Source: Hyphomonadaceae bacterium UBA7672
GTDB taxonomy: Bacteria; Pseudomonadota; Alphaproteobacteria; Caulobacterales; Hyphomonadaceae
Assembly (NCBI GenBank): GCA_002483135.1
Contig: DLHI01000018.1
Coordinates: forward strand, 11,189 to 75,188
DNA: 64,000 nt
Direction: 5' to 3'
This document shows positions 18,075 through 28,244 of this stretch, in pieces. The stretch's first letter is position 1. Each line of letters begins with the position of its first letter. The notes under the pieces were generated by a model that saw nothing but the letters and a program-made list of their open reading frames with translations, was not told the origin of the DNA and searched no databases. A program made the translations under genes and the position numbers.

Positions 18075-18946
18075 GCGCGTCTGCCTCACCTCTGCTACCG
18101 AAGGAGGATGCGCGCGAGGCGGCTCTGTTCTTCGTCGCCTGCGCGCTGTGCTTCCTTGCGGCGCTGTCGGGCCTCGTGTCGCGTTCGGCCTATGCGGCGG
18201 CGGATGCATGGACCACAGACGTCACCGGGCAAATCACGATCCGCGTACGCGGCGATGATGCCGCCCTCGCGCGCGCTGTCGAGGTGACGATCGCGACGCC
18301 GGGCATCGCCTCTGCCCGCGCCATCACGCGCGCCGAGGCCGAGGAGTTGCTGCAACCCTGGCTGGGCGCGGGCGGTGTTCCCGCGAGCCTGCCACTGCCG
18401 CGCCTGGTTGCAGCGGAAGCTGTGCCTGATGTGGATGCCAAAGACCTCGTCGTGCGCCTGACGGGAGCGCTCAAGACGGCTGGCCTCGAAACTGTTGTCG
18501 ACGATCACCTCGTCTGGTCCGCGGATGTCCGCAAGTCGATCGACCTTGCCGGGCTCGTGGCGCTGACTGCTGTCGCGCTTCTGGGAGCCACGGGGATTGC
18601 AGTGATCGCCTTCGCCACGCACGCGACGCTGCTGGCGCGGCGCGACATTGTGGAGCTGCTGCACCTGTCAGGCGCACAGGATGGCTTCATCGCCGGTCTG
18701 TTCGAGCGGCGCTTCCTGATGCTGGGCGTACAGGCTGGCGCGCTGGGGGCACTGATGGCGTTTGGCGCGGCGGCATTTGTCCTCTATCTGCTGCGCCAGT
18801 CGGACGCGCAGATTTGGCTGCTGCCGCAGCTATCGCTTTCGCTCGCCGATGGCCTCATTCTCGGGCTCGCGCCTCTGGTTGCAGGCGTTGCGTCCATGAT
18901 TGCAGCGCGGGTGACCGTGATGCGGTCGCTGGCGGACATGGTCTGA
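18071..18946 (+). CDS. ftsX: Cell division permease-like protein FtsX
   Basis: 291 aa with 4 TM segments and a periplasmic loop after TM1. It is coupled to ftsE. Confidence 0.8.
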   Translation: MSASASPLLPKEDAREAALFFVACALCFLAALSGLVSRSAYAAADAWTTDVTGQITIRVRGDDAALARAVEVTIATPGIASARAITRAEAEELLQPWLGAGGVPASLPLPRLVAAEAVPDVDAKDLVVRLTGALKTAGLETVVDDHLVWSADVRKSIDLAGLVALTAVALLGATGIAVIAFATHATLLARRDIVELLHLSGAQDGFIAGLFERRFLMLGVQAGALGALMAFGAAAFVLYLLRQSDAQIWLLPQLSLSLADGLILGLAPLVAGVASMIAARVTVMRSLADMV

Positions 18947-18961
18947 GGAGATGGTTTAGCG

Positions 18962-19567
18962 TTGCGCATCGTGCTGCGAGTGATGGTGCTGGTCCTTGCC
19001 GCCGGCCTGCTGGTCGCGGGTTGGGACTTCGCGCGCTTCGTCGCCCGCGCCGACCGGGCTGTAACGCCCGACCCGCCGATCAAGGCAGAGGCTGTGGTCG
19101 CCCTGACTGGCGCCGCAGACCAGCGCATCATTTCAGCTGTGCAGCTCGCGGATTCGTTGGACCTGCCCCTGCTGATTTCCGGCGTCAACGTCGACACGAC
19201 CGAAGCCGACATCGCTCGCATCACAAACGTGGACATCGACAAAATCACCTGCTGCGTGAAGCTGGGCCGGAAGGCCGCCACCACCGAAGGTAATGGTGAG
19301 GAAGTGGCGAGCTGGGCCCGCCTCAACGCCTATCAGCGCATTGTGGTCGTCACTTCCGAATATCACATGGAGCGTGCGCTGTTCGAGCTCCAGAACGCCA
19401 TGCCAGAGGGGCAGTTCATTCCAAACGCCGTGATGACCACCAAAGTCCGTCCCGCCGAATGGTATAAGGACGTGGCAACCGCCCGCGTGCTGATCGAGGA
19501 GTGGATGAAGTTCCGACTCGCCGCCCTGCGCAGCACCGCCCTCCCCAACCAGGAACGCGCCGGATGA
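18962..19567 (+). CDS. YdcF/ElyC/SanA family (DUF218) protein
   Basis: It has an N-terminal TM segment, then VVALTGAADQRI...LLISGVN...VVVTSEYHMERAL. Confidence 0.75.
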   Translation: MRIVLRVMVLVLAAGLLVAGWDFARFVARADRAVTPDPPIKAEAVVALTGAADQRIISAVQLADSLDLPLLISGVNVDTTEADIARITNVDIDKITCCVKLGRKAATTEGNGEEVASWARLNAYQRIVVVTSEYHMERALFELQNAMPEGQFIPNAVMTTKVRPAEWYKDVATARVLIEEWMKFRLAALRSTALPNQERAG

Positions 19568-20289
19568 CCTTCGTTCGATCTCTTCTCTATTCGATCTGGT
19601 TCTACCTGACGCTGGTCATCCTGGGTGTGCTTGCCATGCCGATTGCCATTTTCTCGCGCAGCTTCGCGATGAGCGCAGTGAGATCCTTCTGCCACCTGCA
19701 GGCCTTCGGCCTCTGGCTGATCTGCGGCATCAGCATGGAAGTGCGCGGGAAGGAGAACCTGCCGAAGGGGCCCGGCCTCGTCGCCATGAAGCACCAGTCA
19801 ACCTACGACACGCTGGCGCCATTCACCTTCATGGAGAACCCGGCCTACATCCTGAAGAAGGAGCTCCTGAAGGCGCCCGTCTTCGGCGTCTACGCCTCGC
19901 GCGTGGGCATCCCCATCGACCGGGACGGTGGCATGAAGACGATGAAGCTGATGCTTGCCGCCGCAAAGAAAGGTGTACAGTCGGGCCAGCAGATCGTGAT
20001 CTTCCCGGAAGGCACGCGCCAGCTTCCTGACACGCCCGCCGACATCAAGCCAGGCATCGTGTTGCTCTACAACGAGCTAGGCGTGCCATGCGTGCCCGTG
20101 GCGCTCAACACCGGTCTGGTCTGGGAAGGCAAAGGCTTCCTGCGCAAGCCCGGCAAGATAGTCTTTGAAATCCTTCCACCTATCGAACCGGGCCTGAAGC
20201 GCGCCGAATTCACACAGAAGCTGAAGGACGCACTCGATCCGGCGACCGTGCGTCTGGTGGCCGAAGGTCGCGCGGCGCAGGATCGATAG
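19564..20289 (+). CDS. plsC: 1-acyl-sn-glycerol-3-phosphate acyltransferase
   Basis: It has MKHQSTYD (HxxxxD acyltransferase motif) and IFPEGTR. ATGA overlap with the upstream gene. Confidence 0.85.
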   Translation: MTFVRSLLYSIWFYLTLVILGVLAMPIAIFSRSFAMSAVRSFCHLQAFGLWLICGISMEVRGKENLPKGPGLVAMKHQSTYDTLAPFTFMENPAYILKKELLKAPVFGVYASRVGIPIDRDGGMKTMKLMLAAAKKGVQSGQQIVIFPEGTRQLPDTPADIKPGIVLLYNELGVPCVPVALNTGLVWEGKGFLRKPGKIVFEILPPIEPGLKRAEFTQKLKDALDPATVRLVAEGRAAQDR

Positions 20290-20334
20290 CAAACGGACGC
20301 GAGACCTAACTCACCTGCCGATCTCACCAGCCGC

Positions 20335-21261
20335 TTACTCCTTCGGCTTGTCGCGGCCGAAGTTGGCCGTCGCCGTGTCCTGCCCTGCGTCGATGATCTC
20401 GCGGCGGATGCGGCGCGACTCCGTGAACGTGTCGAACAGCTTCTGGCCATCGGCGTTGCGGATGGCCTTACGGAGTGCCGTCAGGTCTTCCTCGAAGCGA
20501 CCAAGAACTTCCAGCACTGCATCCTTGTTGTTGAGGAATACGTCGCGCCACATGGTAGGATCGGACGCCGCGATGCGCGTGAAGTCGCGGAAACCGGCGG
20601 CTGAGAATTTCACCACCTCGCCCTCGGTCACGGCTTCCATGTCGTAGGCGGTTGCGACCATGTTGTAGGCGATGAGGTGGGGAATGTGGCTGGTCACGGC
20701 TAGCACCAGATCGTGCCGCGCTGGGTCCATGCGCTCGACCTTTGAGCCGAGCGCCGTCCAGAATGCCGCCAGCCTGTCTGTCGCCGCCACATAGTCCGCA
20801 GCGCCGCCCGGCTCGGGCGTCAGGATGCACCAGCGGTTCTCGAACAGGCTGGCAAAGCCCGCTTCAGGCCCCGATTTTTCCGTACCGGCAATCGGGTGGC
20901 CGGGAATGATGTGAACGTCGGAGCGCCCAAGGCTGCGCCAATCGCGCGCGATATTGCCCTTCACCGAGCCAACGTCTGTCAGGATCGCGCCGGCCTTCAT
21001 CGCAGCGATGCTGGCCCGCGCTGTTGCACCCATCGCGCCTACGGGCACGCAGTGGAAAACAGCGTCAGCGTTCGTAACCGCATCCTCGATGCTGGCCGCA
21101 GGTTTACCGAAACCGATCTCGCCCGCACGCTTCAGTGCGGCCGGGTCGCCATCGAACAGCACAACCTCACTCGCCACGCCCTTCTCCAGCGCCGCGCGCG
21201 CAATCGAGCCGCCGATGAGGCCGACACCGATAATGGCAATCTGGTTGAAGACTGCAGCCAT
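20335..21261 (-). CDS. tyrC: Prephenate/arogenate (cyclohexadienyl) dehydrogenase
   Basis: Rossmann motif IAIIGVGLIGGSIA, plus GHPIAGTEKSGP. The start overlaps the hisC stop (TGATG). Confidence 0.9.
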   Translation of the reverse strand: MAAVFNQIAIIGVGLIGGSIARAALEKGVASEVVLFDGDPAALKRAGEIGFGKPAASIEDAVTNADAVFHCVPVGAMGATARASIAAMKAGAILTDVGSVKGNIARDWRSLGRSDVHIIPGHPIAGTEKSGPEAGFASLFENRWCILTPEPGGAADYVAATDRLAAFWTALGSKVERMDPARHDLVLAVTSHIPHLIAYNMVATAYDMEAVTEGEVVKFSAAGFRDFTRIAASDPTMWRDVFLNNKDAVLEVLGRFEEDLTALRKAIRNADGQKLFDTFTESRRIRREIIDAGQDTATANFGRDKPKE

Positions 21262-22355
21262 CACCTGCCCAGAAATTCTTTCAGCAGCTTCAGCGCCGCG
21301 TCATTGCCCTCGACCGTACCGACTGAAATGCGCAGATGGTTCGGCATCTTGTAGCCGCTCAGCCCGCGAACGGTAACGCCGCGGTCTTTCAGGAAGGTCA
21401 GCGCCTCCGCAGCGGTCTTGCCTTTGGTCTCGGGGAATTTCGCGACAACGAAATTGCCGACACCGTCGATCAGTTCGAGGCCAAGCGCTTTGAGACCAGC
21501 GGCAAGCCGCTCCATCTCGCTCTCGTTGTGAGCCAGCGAAGCCTCGTTGAACGCGTCGTCGTCGAGTGCCGCAATCGCCGCCGCCTGCGCGGGCAGGCTG
21601 ACGTTGAACGGCATGCGCACGCGCTCGATCGCGTCCACCACATGCGGCGGCGCATAGCCCCAGCCAACACGGAGACCGGCGAGGCCATAGAGCTTCGAGA
21701 AGGTGCGCGTCATGATGACGTTGCCGAACTGCGAGGCGAGTTCGATGCCGGAGGCGTAATCGTTCTTCTTCACGAACTCCGCATAAGCGCCATCCAGCAC
21801 CAGCAGCACATGCGGCGGCAGGCCGGCATGCAGACGCTTCACCTCGTCATACGGCAGGTAGGTGCCGGTCGGGTTGTTGGGGTTGGCGAGCCAGACGATC
21901 TTGGTCTTCGGCGTCACGGCCTTGAGGATGGCATCCACGTCCGCCGTGAAATCCTTCTCGGCGATCTCGACGACCTTGGCGCCCTGCTGCTGCGCGATGA
22001 TGGCGTAGATGGCGAAGGCGTGCGCCGTGTTGATGCTTTCATCGCCCGGTCCGAGATAGGCGCGGCCCAGCATCAGGAAGATGTCGTCCGAGCCCGCGCC
22101 GAGAACAAGGCGCGCCGGATCAAGCCCGTGCTTCTTCGCCAGGGCCGCCTTCAGCTCGCGCGCGGCGCCATCGGGATAAAGCTCCATCTTGGCCGCAAGG
22201 TCAGCATAGACCTTGCGCGCGCGCGGAGACGCGCCCAGCGGGTTCTCGTTGGAGGCCAGCTTGAACGTCTTGCCGCCGGTGTTCTTCGGCGCTTCACCCG
22301 GCACATAGGCGTGCACGTCGGCAAGCTGCGGCAACGGCTTGGGATGATCGGTCAT
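21261..22355 (-). CDS. hisC: Histidinol-phosphate aminotransferase
   Basis: It has LASNENPLG, NPNNPTG and TFSKLYGLAGLRVGW (PLP lysine). Confidence 0.92.
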   Translation of the reverse strand: MTDHPKPLPQLADVHAYVPGEAPKNTGGKTFKLASNENPLGASPRARKVYADLAAKMELYPDGAARELKAALAKKHGLDPARLVLGAGSDDIFLMLGRAYLGPGDESINTAHAFAIYAIIAQQQGAKVVEIAEKDFTADVDAILKAVTPKTKIVWLANPNNPTGTYLPYDEVKRLHAGLPPHVLLVLDGAYAEFVKKNDYASGIELASQFGNVIMTRTFSKLYGLAGLRVGWGYAPPHVVDAIERVRMPFNVSLPAQAAAIAALDDDAFNEASLAHNESEMERLAAGLKALGLELIDGVGNFVVAKFPETKGKTAAEALTFLKDRGVTVRGLSGYKMPNHLRISVGTVEGNDAALKLLKEFLGR

Positions 22356-22369
22356 GGGTAGGCCCCGTT

Positions 22370-23149
22370 TCAGGGCCGAGGCCGTACCCCGACAATGCGC
22401 AGGCCGTCCAGCCCCGCCTTGCGCGCAAGGTCAATCCGGCGGTCATCAACGGCCACGAATTCGGAGATACGGATCAGGGCGAGCGACCGGGCCCGCCCCA
22501 CCACTTCGGCCTTGAGGCCAAGCTCCTGCAGCCGCTTGTCGGCGGTCCAATGGTCGTCATGGGCCATGGCCAGCGTGTCGTCCTCGCCCGAGCTCTCGAT
22601 GCTGAGGCGGCCGACAATGGCGATCCGGGGCGTCTCGTCCGGCGATCCCGGCAGGCTGGGCCAACCGCCGACGATCACGAGGGAATGAAACTTGTTCTCG
22701 TTCAGCATGGGCCACCACTGCCCCGCCCCGGCATGCTCGGGCCAGGGCACGCAGGCCAGCGCGCCGGGCTGGGTCACCGCCCGCTCCAACGCGTCGCGGA
22801 CGCCGACCAGCGGCACGATATTGGGGGCAAAGCCGAAATAACCGCGCGCCGCCTCGACCGACAGGGTTACGTCCCCGCCCGCCACATAGACTGCCTTGAG
22901 CCCGCGGCTGACCGCTACGTCGCCGCACAGCGACCGCCACATCCGCGCGACTGCATCCATGGGCATGCCGGCGGCGGCGGCTTCGCGCGCCAGTCGCCTC
23001 AGCTCGGCCGCTTCACGGGCCGGGCGAAAGCCGATGCCGGCCGGCGAGACGGCAGGCGCCTCGCGCATTTGACGCCATTTTTCAGACAGTGCGGCGAGAA
23101 ATGCGTCGCTCATGGCCTGATTAGGTTCATGGAAGCTGTCGGCGGCCAT
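22370..23149 (-). CDS. Chorismate mutase-related protein (CM/prephenate-dehydratase-like), conserved upstream of hisC-tyrC
   Basis: RPAREAAELRRLAREAAAAGMPMDAVARMWRSL resembles the C-terminal helices of AroQ chorismate mutase. The remainder resembles a PDT-like periplasmic-binding fold. The aromatic amino acid gene context supports this. An alternative start is at 23113. Confidence 0.45.
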   Translation of the reverse strand: MAADSFHEPNQAMSDAFLAALSEKWRQMREAPAVSPAGIGFRPAREAAELRRLAREAAAAGMPMDAVARMWRSLCGDVAVSRGLKAVYVAGGDVTLSVEAARGYFGFAPNIVPLVGVRDALERAVTQPGALACVPWPEHAGAGQWWPMLNENKFHSLVIVGGWPSLPGSPDETPRIAIVGRLSIESSGEDDTLAMAHDDHWTADKRLQELGLKAEVVGRARSLALIRISEFVAVDDRRIDLARKAGLDGLRIVGVRPRP

Positions 23150-23327
23150 TGAACTCGACTGACTCGTTACGCTCCCCAGCTTGCTTCCTGCATACGACAG
23201 AATTGCCGGGACAAGAACCCCTCATGCAATTGCCATTCCCCTGCTTTCACCCCTTCCCGAGCCCTTGTTTCGGAGCCGGATTGGCGGCTATTGCATTCGG
23301 CCCACTTAGGGCTGATCTGGGACCTGC

Positions 23328-24494
23328 ATGCTTGCTCCCGCGCGAACCCTGGACGGCACGGACGGCCTCAAACGCCTGACCGTCGCCACCGCTGACCGGC
23401 CCCTGCGGCTGGATAGCGGCCGCACGCTCGATCATGTCGAGATCGCCTACGAGACCTGGGGCACGCTCAATGCTGACAAGAGCAATGTCGTCGTGGTCTG
23501 CCACGCCCTGACCGGCGACCAGTTCGCCGCCAGCCCCAACCCCGTGACCGGCCGGCCCGCCTGGTGGGACCGCATCGTCGGCCCGGGCATGCCAGTGGAC
23601 ACCAACCGCTTCTTCGTCATCTGCTCGAACGTGCTGGGCGGCTGCATGGGCTCGACGGGCCCGGCCTCGAAGAAGCCGGACGGGACATACTGGGGCACAG
23701 ACTTCCCGATCATTACCATCGCCGACATGGCGCGCGCACAGATCGCCCTGCTCGACCAACTTGGCATTCCCAACGTCTTCCTCTGCATCGGCGGATCCAT
23801 CGGCGGGATGCAGGTGCTGGAGTGGACGATCCAGGCGCGCGATCGCGTCTTCGCCGCCGTGCCCATCGCCGTCGCCCCGCGCCAGTCGGCGCAGAATATC
23901 GGGTTCTACGAAACCGGCCGCCAGGCGATCATGGCCGATCCCAACTGGCGCAATGGCAACTACCTCTCCGAGGGCACGCGACCCGAGAAGGGCCTCGCCG
24001 TCGCCCGCATGGCCGCGCACATCACTTATCTGTCGGAGACTGCGCTCAAGCGGAAGTTCGACCGCAAGCTGCAGGATCGCGCCTCGAAGACATTCGGCTT
24101 CGACGCCGACTTCCAGATCGAAAGCTATCTGCGTCACCAGGGCCAGACTTTCGTCGATCGGTTCGACGCTAACTCGTACCTCTACATCACCCGCGCGATG
24201 GATTACTTCGATCTCGCCAGCGAACATGGCGGCGTACTTGCGAACGCGTTCAAGGGATTGAGCACGCGCTTCTGTGTCTTTTCCTTCTCGTCGGACTGGC
24301 ACTACTCGCCCGAAGAAAACCGCGATCTCGTGCGCGCGCTCAATGCCGCCAGTTGCGAGACCAGCTACGTCAACATCGAGACCGACAAGGGCCACGACGC
24401 CTTCTTTGTCGAAGAGCCCGAGTTCGAAGCCGGCCTGCGCGGCTTCATCGACGCTGCCGCCAACGCCCGCGGGTTGAAGGGCGCATCGAAGTGA
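23328..24494 (+). CDS. metX: Homoserine O-acetyltransferase
   Basis: It has [23 protein letters not shown] (nucleophile elbow GxSxG) and a late D and H. It is followed by metW. Confidence 0.93.
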   Translation: MLAPARTLDGTDGLKRLTVATADRPLRLDSGRTLDHVEIAYETWGTLNADKSNVVVVCHALTGDQFAASPNPVTGRPAWWDRIVGPGMPVDTNRFFVICSNVLGGCMGSTGPASKKPDGTYWGTDFPIITIADMARAQIALLDQLGIPNVFLCIGGSIGGMQVLEWTIQARDRVFAAVPIAVAPRQSAQNIGFYETGRQAIMADPNWRNGNYLSEGTRPEKGLAVARMAAHITYLSETALKRKFDRKLQDRASKTFGFDADFQIESYLRHQGQTFVDRFDANSYLYITRAMDYFDLASEHGGVLANAFKGLSTRFCVFSFSSDWHYSPEENRDLVRALNAASCETSYVNIETDKGHDAFFVEEPEFEAGLRGFIDAAANARGLKGASK

Positions 24495-25108
24495 CCCCGC
24501 ACCTTCCAAGAGCACGCCGGCCCGACCACGTCGCCATTGCGCAGTTCATCAACCGCGGTGAACTCGTGCTCGATGTCGGCTGCGGCGATGGACAGCTGAT
24601 GGAGCTGTTGCAACAGGAGCGCGGCGCCCGCACGCGCGGCCTCGAGGTCGAACAAGCCGGCGTCAACCGCTGCGTCGCCAAGGGCCTCGCGGTCGTGCAG
24701 GGCAACGCCGACGCCGACCTGCCCGTCTACCCCGACAACGCTTATGATGTCGCGATCCTGTCGAAGACGATCCAGGAACTGGCGCGCCCGAAATTCGTGC
24801 TCGACGAACTCTCCCGGGTCGCGCGGCGTGTGATCATCTCGTTCCGCAATTACGGCCACTGGAAGGTGCGCACCGCCCTGCTCACTACGGGCCGCATCCC
24901 CAATCTCGGCCACGATGCAGGCTGGTGGTCCGACGGCGCCCGCCGCCCGTGCACCGCGCGCGACATGGCCGAACTCGCCGCCGAAGCTGGCCTCCAGATC
25001 GTCGCCGCCACCGCCGTCGGCGGCAAACCGGTGAACGCGAAATCGCTCGGCCGCCTCAACTGGACCGCCGAAGAACTGGTTTTCGTGCTCGAGCGAGAGA
25101 CGCCGTAA
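24491..25108 (+). CDS. metW: Methionine biosynthesis protein MetW
   Basis: The GTG start overlaps the metX stop. [15 protein letters not shown] is the SAM-MTase-like motif. This is the classical metXW pair. Confidence 0.88.
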   Translation: MTPHLPRARRPDHVAIAQFINRGELVLDVGCGDGQLMELLQQERGARTRGLEVEQAGVNRCVAKGLAVVQGNADADLPVYPDNAYDVAILSKTIQELARPKFVLDELSRVARRVIISFRNYGHWKVRTALLTTGRIPNLGHDAGWWSDGARRPCTARDMAELAAEAGLQIVAATAVGGKPVNAKSLGRLNWTAEELVFVLERETP

Positions 25109-25217
25109 CCTCGGTCGATGAAATTTCACCGATCGCAGGAAACGGGCAATAACCACTCGCATCTATCCTGTATCTGGACCGGACTCCCAGAAATTCCGGC
25201 CAGACAGGAAACGTCCC

Positions 25218-25604
25218 ATGTCGTTCACGATGACATCGACCGTCCGCAAGGTTCGCGATCACTTCGAGCCGGAAATCGAACTCGATCCGCAGGAGGCTCG
25301 CGCACTGCGCGCTCATCTCGAGCAGATCGACTACGCAGCCTTCGCCGCTAACCGCGAGATCCTCGCCAAGGCGGTCGGCACGGCAGACCTCGCGCGCTTC
25401 CAGCGCATGGCGGTCGCGACGGCCAACGCTCGCGCCCGCTGGGTCGCCACGGCTATCGCGATGTCGCAGAAGCCCGACGTGAGCCCTCAGGAAGTTGCCC
25501 AACTCACCACGCTGCGCTGCGCCTTCGAGGAACTGACCGAAGCCTACGACGCGCTGCGCCGCATGGTCGAACGCGGCTATCTCGCGGCAAAGCCGAAAGC
25601 GTAG
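25218..25604 (+). CDS. Hypothetical helical protein
   Basis: 128 aa. An AGGAA Shine-Dalgarno sequence lies 8 nt upstream. GC3 is coding-like. No family was recognised. Confidence 0.5.
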   Translation: MSFTMTSTVRKVRDHFEPEIELDPQEARALRAHLEQIDYAAFAANREILAKAVGTADLARFQRMAVATANARARWVATAIAMSQKPDVSPQEVAQLTTLRCAFEELTEAYDALRRMVERGYLAAKPKA

Positions 25605-25730
25605 TGCTGGCAGACATGCGCGGAGCCGCGCGGAAGTGGGCTTCCGGCGGCTCAAAGCTCTGGCGGTTGGATTATGGGGGACGACCTGCCAGCGCTCCCG
25701 GTCGTTTCAGGCATTCGGCCCGGGTACGCG

Positions 25731-25769
25731 CCAGCCGCGTTGCCTGAGGGGGTAGGCAACGTCGGCTGG
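25731..25769 (-). terminator. Long GC-rich hairpin just downstream of glnB (possible terminator, no U-tract)
   Basis: CCAGCCGCGTTGCCT-loop-AGGCAACGTCGGCTGG forms a stem of about 15 bp with one bulge. It lies 12 nt beyond the glnB stop, between convergent genes. Confidence 0.4.
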
Positions 25770-25780
25770 ACTTAAGCAGA

Positions 25781-26125
25781 TCACGATGTGAGAGCGGCTT
25801 CGTTCTTCTCACCCGTGCGGATGCGGAGCACCTGCTCGAGATCCATCACGAATATCTTGCCGTCGCCGATCTTGTTGGTGTTGGCGGCCTGCGTGATGGC
25901 GTCGACGACCTTCTCGGCGACCGCGTCGGACACGGCCACTTCGATGCGGACCTTCGGCAGCAGGCGCACTTCGTATTCGGCGCCGCGATAGACTTCGGTC
26001 TTGCCCTGCTGGCGACCATAGCCGCGCACTTCGGTGACTGTGACACCCGACGCGCCGGCGGCGGTCACGGCGTCGAGCACGGCATCCAGGCGGCTCGGTT
26101 TGAAGATGGCGGTGATATATTTCAT
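25781..26125 (-). CDS. glnB: Nitrogen regulatory protein P-II
   Basis: MKYITAIFKPSRLDAVLDAV...VTEVRGYGRQQGKTEVYRGAEY (T-loop with Tyr51)...GDGKIFVMDLEQVLRIRTGE. Confidence 0.92.
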   Translation of the reverse strand: MKYITAIFKPSRLDAVLDAVTAAGASGVTVTEVRGYGRQQGKTEVYRGAEYEVRLLPKVRIEVAVSDAVAEKVVDAITQAANTNKIGDGKIFVMDLEQVLRIRTGEKNEAALTS

Positions 26126-26223
26126 GACGCTTCCCTTTCGTGGTCGCTGTGGCCGGTTCATGCCTTGGCGGGGTCAACCGCCTCGTGGATGTATATATTG
26201 CACTTCTTACACACCTTCAACAC

Positions 26224-26967
26224 CTAACTACGCCTTTTCTCCGCGCGGATAGAGGTCCTTTGTTTTTCTGGAACTTTTACGACGCGTCTTCCCCGCACGG
26301 GCTTGCCTGGCTCGATGTAAAGCCGCTTTTGGGCCTCCACCATCAGCACGCCGCCGAAGCCCGACCATGCGAATCTGCCTATTTTTTCCCACGCATCGCC
26401 CGCAGAGGTGATGATTCCCCAACCGATTGGCGGGGCGTAGAGCGCGCGTGCGGAGGCCTGGGGCGCGAGCATGGCGTCTTCCAGCAGCCGGTTCAGCTGC
26501 GAGCGGGTATAGGGCCGCCCATGCCCGAAGGGTGTCGACTCGGCACGCGCCCAGAGACCCCGTCTATGAGCAACAATGATCAGAATCCGGGCTTCCGGCG
26601 CCGCCACTCGCCAGATTTCGCGCAGCAGGCGGTGCGGACTCTCCGCCTCTTCCAGCGCGTGACAGACGATGATCCGGTCAAAAAGTGCATCGGGAAACGG
26701 AAGGCGTTCGTCCTCAACCAACGCGGTGAGGCTCTTTCCCTGCTCCGGCCAGCGTTCTGTCCCCTGCTCAGCTGGAGCCGCCGAGATCACGCGACGGGCA
26801 GCGCCGCGATAGGGCTCCAGCAGCGTCTCGGCATGCCCGATGCCCAGAACGTCCAGACCGTTCGCAGAGGGCCACAGCGCAGCCACCCGCTTGGCCATCA
26901 TCTCCTGCGCCATGCGCCCCATGGGGGATGCATAGAAGGTCTGCAGCCTGTCGATATCGAAGCGCAT
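26224..26967 (-). CDS. Class I SAM-dependent methyltransferase (type 11-like), divergent from gloB
   Basis: It has VLGIGHAE..., FDRIIVCHALEEAESPHRLLREIWRVAAPEARILII. The position divergent from gloB is conserved in alphaproteobacteria (from memory). Confidence 0.7.
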   Translation of the reverse strand: MRFDIDRLQTFYASPMGRMAQEMMAKRVAALWPSANGLDVLGIGHAETLLEPYRGAARRVISAAPAEQGTERWPEQGKSLTALVEDERLPFPDALFDRIIVCHALEEAESPHRLLREIWRVAAPEARILIIVAHRRGLWARAESTPFGHGRPYTRSQLNRLLEDAMLAPQASARALYAPPIGWGIITSAGDAWEKIGRFAWSGFGGVLMVEAQKRLYIEPGKPVRGRRVVKVPEKQRTSIRAEKRRS

Positions 26968-27031
26968 GCCCTAACCTTCGTGGACCATCCACGCCTATAT
27001 AGGGCCGGTAAGAGCGGGAAAGGTAAACTGC

Positions 27032-27799
27032 ATGGCTGCCCCCATCGTTCACATGTTCCCGTGCCTCAAGGACAATTACGGCTTCCTGCTGCACGATCCC
27101 GCAACGGGCGAGACGGCCGCCATCGACACGCCCGATGCGGCGAAGATCCTGTCGGAAGCCGCTGCGAAAGGCTGGACCATCACGCAGGTCTGGAACACGC
27201 ATTGGCACCCCGACCATGCCGGCGGCAATGCAGAGATCGTCACCGCCACCGGCGCGAAGGTGGTGGGGCCGGAGGAAGTGACGCGCATCGGGGCCGCGCC
27301 CGATCGCATCCTGCACGAGGGCGATACGGTGAAGCTTGGCAGCGCGACCGCACACGTCATCGAGACGCCGGGCCACACGCTGGGTCACATCGTCTATCAC
27401 CTGCCCGACCATCACATCGCATTCGTCGGCGACACGCTGTTCGCACTCGGATGCGGTCGACTGTTCGAGGGAACACCGGGCCAGATGTGGGACAGCCTCA
27501 GCAAGCTGCGCGCCCTTCCCGACGAGACGGTGGTTTACTGCGCGCACGAATACACCGCATCGAACGCCGCCTTCGCGCTTAGCGTCGATGCAAAGAACGG
27601 CGAGCTCGCCCACTATGCCGAAGACGTGAAAAAGAAACGCGCCAGGGACATCCCCACTGTGCCGACCACTATCGGCCGCGAGAAGCTCGCCAACCCCTTC
27701 CTGCGCGCCGACGATCCGGTCCTGCAGGCTTTCGTCGGTCACCCCGGCGATGTGGTGGCGACTTTCGCCGAAGTGCGCGAGCGGAAGAACAGGTTTTGA
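27032..27799 (+). CDS. gloB: Hydroxyacylglutathione hydrolase (glyoxalase II)
   Basis: Metallo-beta-lactamase motif THWHPDHAGG, plus PGHTLGHI, CAHEYT and NPFLR. Confidence 0.92.
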   Translation: MAAPIVHMFPCLKDNYGFLLHDPATGETAAIDTPDAAKILSEAAAKGWTITQVWNTHWHPDHAGGNAEIVTATGAKVVGPEEVTRIGAAPDRILHEGDTVKLGSATAHVIETPGHTLGHIVYHLPDHHIAFVGDTLFALGCGRLFEGTPGQMWDSLSKLRALPDETVVYCAHEYTASNAAFALSVDAKNGELAHYAEDVKKKRARDIPTVPTTIGREKLANPFLRADDPVLQAFVGHPGDVVATFAEVRERKNRF

Positions 27800-27813
27800 C
27801 TCTGGGTCGCGCC

Positions 27814-28239
27814 ATGACTCTCGAAGACGTCATCCGCACGCTGGACCTCGCTCCGCATCCTGAAGGCGGCTGGTACAGGCAGACGCATCGCATTGAGCCC
27901 ACAGCGGGACAACGCTCGCCGGGGACCGCGATCTACTATGCGCTCGGTGCGGGCGAGCGCTCGCACTGGCATCATGTGGACGCGACAGAGATCTGGCACT
28001 GGTACGCTGGCGCGCCGCTGGAGCTATCGCTTGCCACCTCCGACCATGACAACCCGATCGCCCACACGCTGGGTCCGGATCTCGCAGCAGGACAACGGCC
28101 ACAGCTAATTGTGCCGCCATATCACTGGCAGGCCGCGCGCACGCTGGGCGCATGGACGCTGGTGGGGTGCACGGTCTCGCCGGGCTTCGAGTTTTCAGGG
28201 TTCGTGATGGCTCCGCCGGACTGGTCGCCGGGCAGCTAG
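27814..28239 (+). CDS. Cupin domain protein (DUF985/Cupin_5)
   Basis: It has LAPHPEGGWYRQT, IYYAL, SHWHHVDATEIWHWYAG and GCTVSPGFEFSGF. TTG at 27796 is an alternative start. Confidence 0.75.
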   Translation: MTLEDVIRTLDLAPHPEGGWYRQTHRIEPTAGQRSPGTAIYYALGAGERSHWHHVDATEIWHWYAGAPLELSLATSDHDNPIAHTLGPDLAAGQRPQLIVPPYHWQAARTLGAWTLVGCTVSPGFEFSGFVMAPPDWSPGS

Positions 28240-28244
28240 GAGGC

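Noticed and set aside
23150-23327. Possible SAM-II (SAM-alpha) riboswitch in the 180-nt metX leader, as is common in alphaproteobacteria.
   Set aside because: I could not find the conserved 3' AAAGCU tail or a convincing GGCUU-containing pseudoknot partner. Only vague resemblance (GAUUGGCGGCU) is present. A covariance-model scan (Rfam RF00521, RF01826) would settle it.
26140-27582. 480-aa plus-strand ORF across the glnB upstream region, the methyltransferase gene and gloB.
   Set aside because: It is out of frame or antisense relative to three credible genes, and its composition is Arg/Pro/His-rich.
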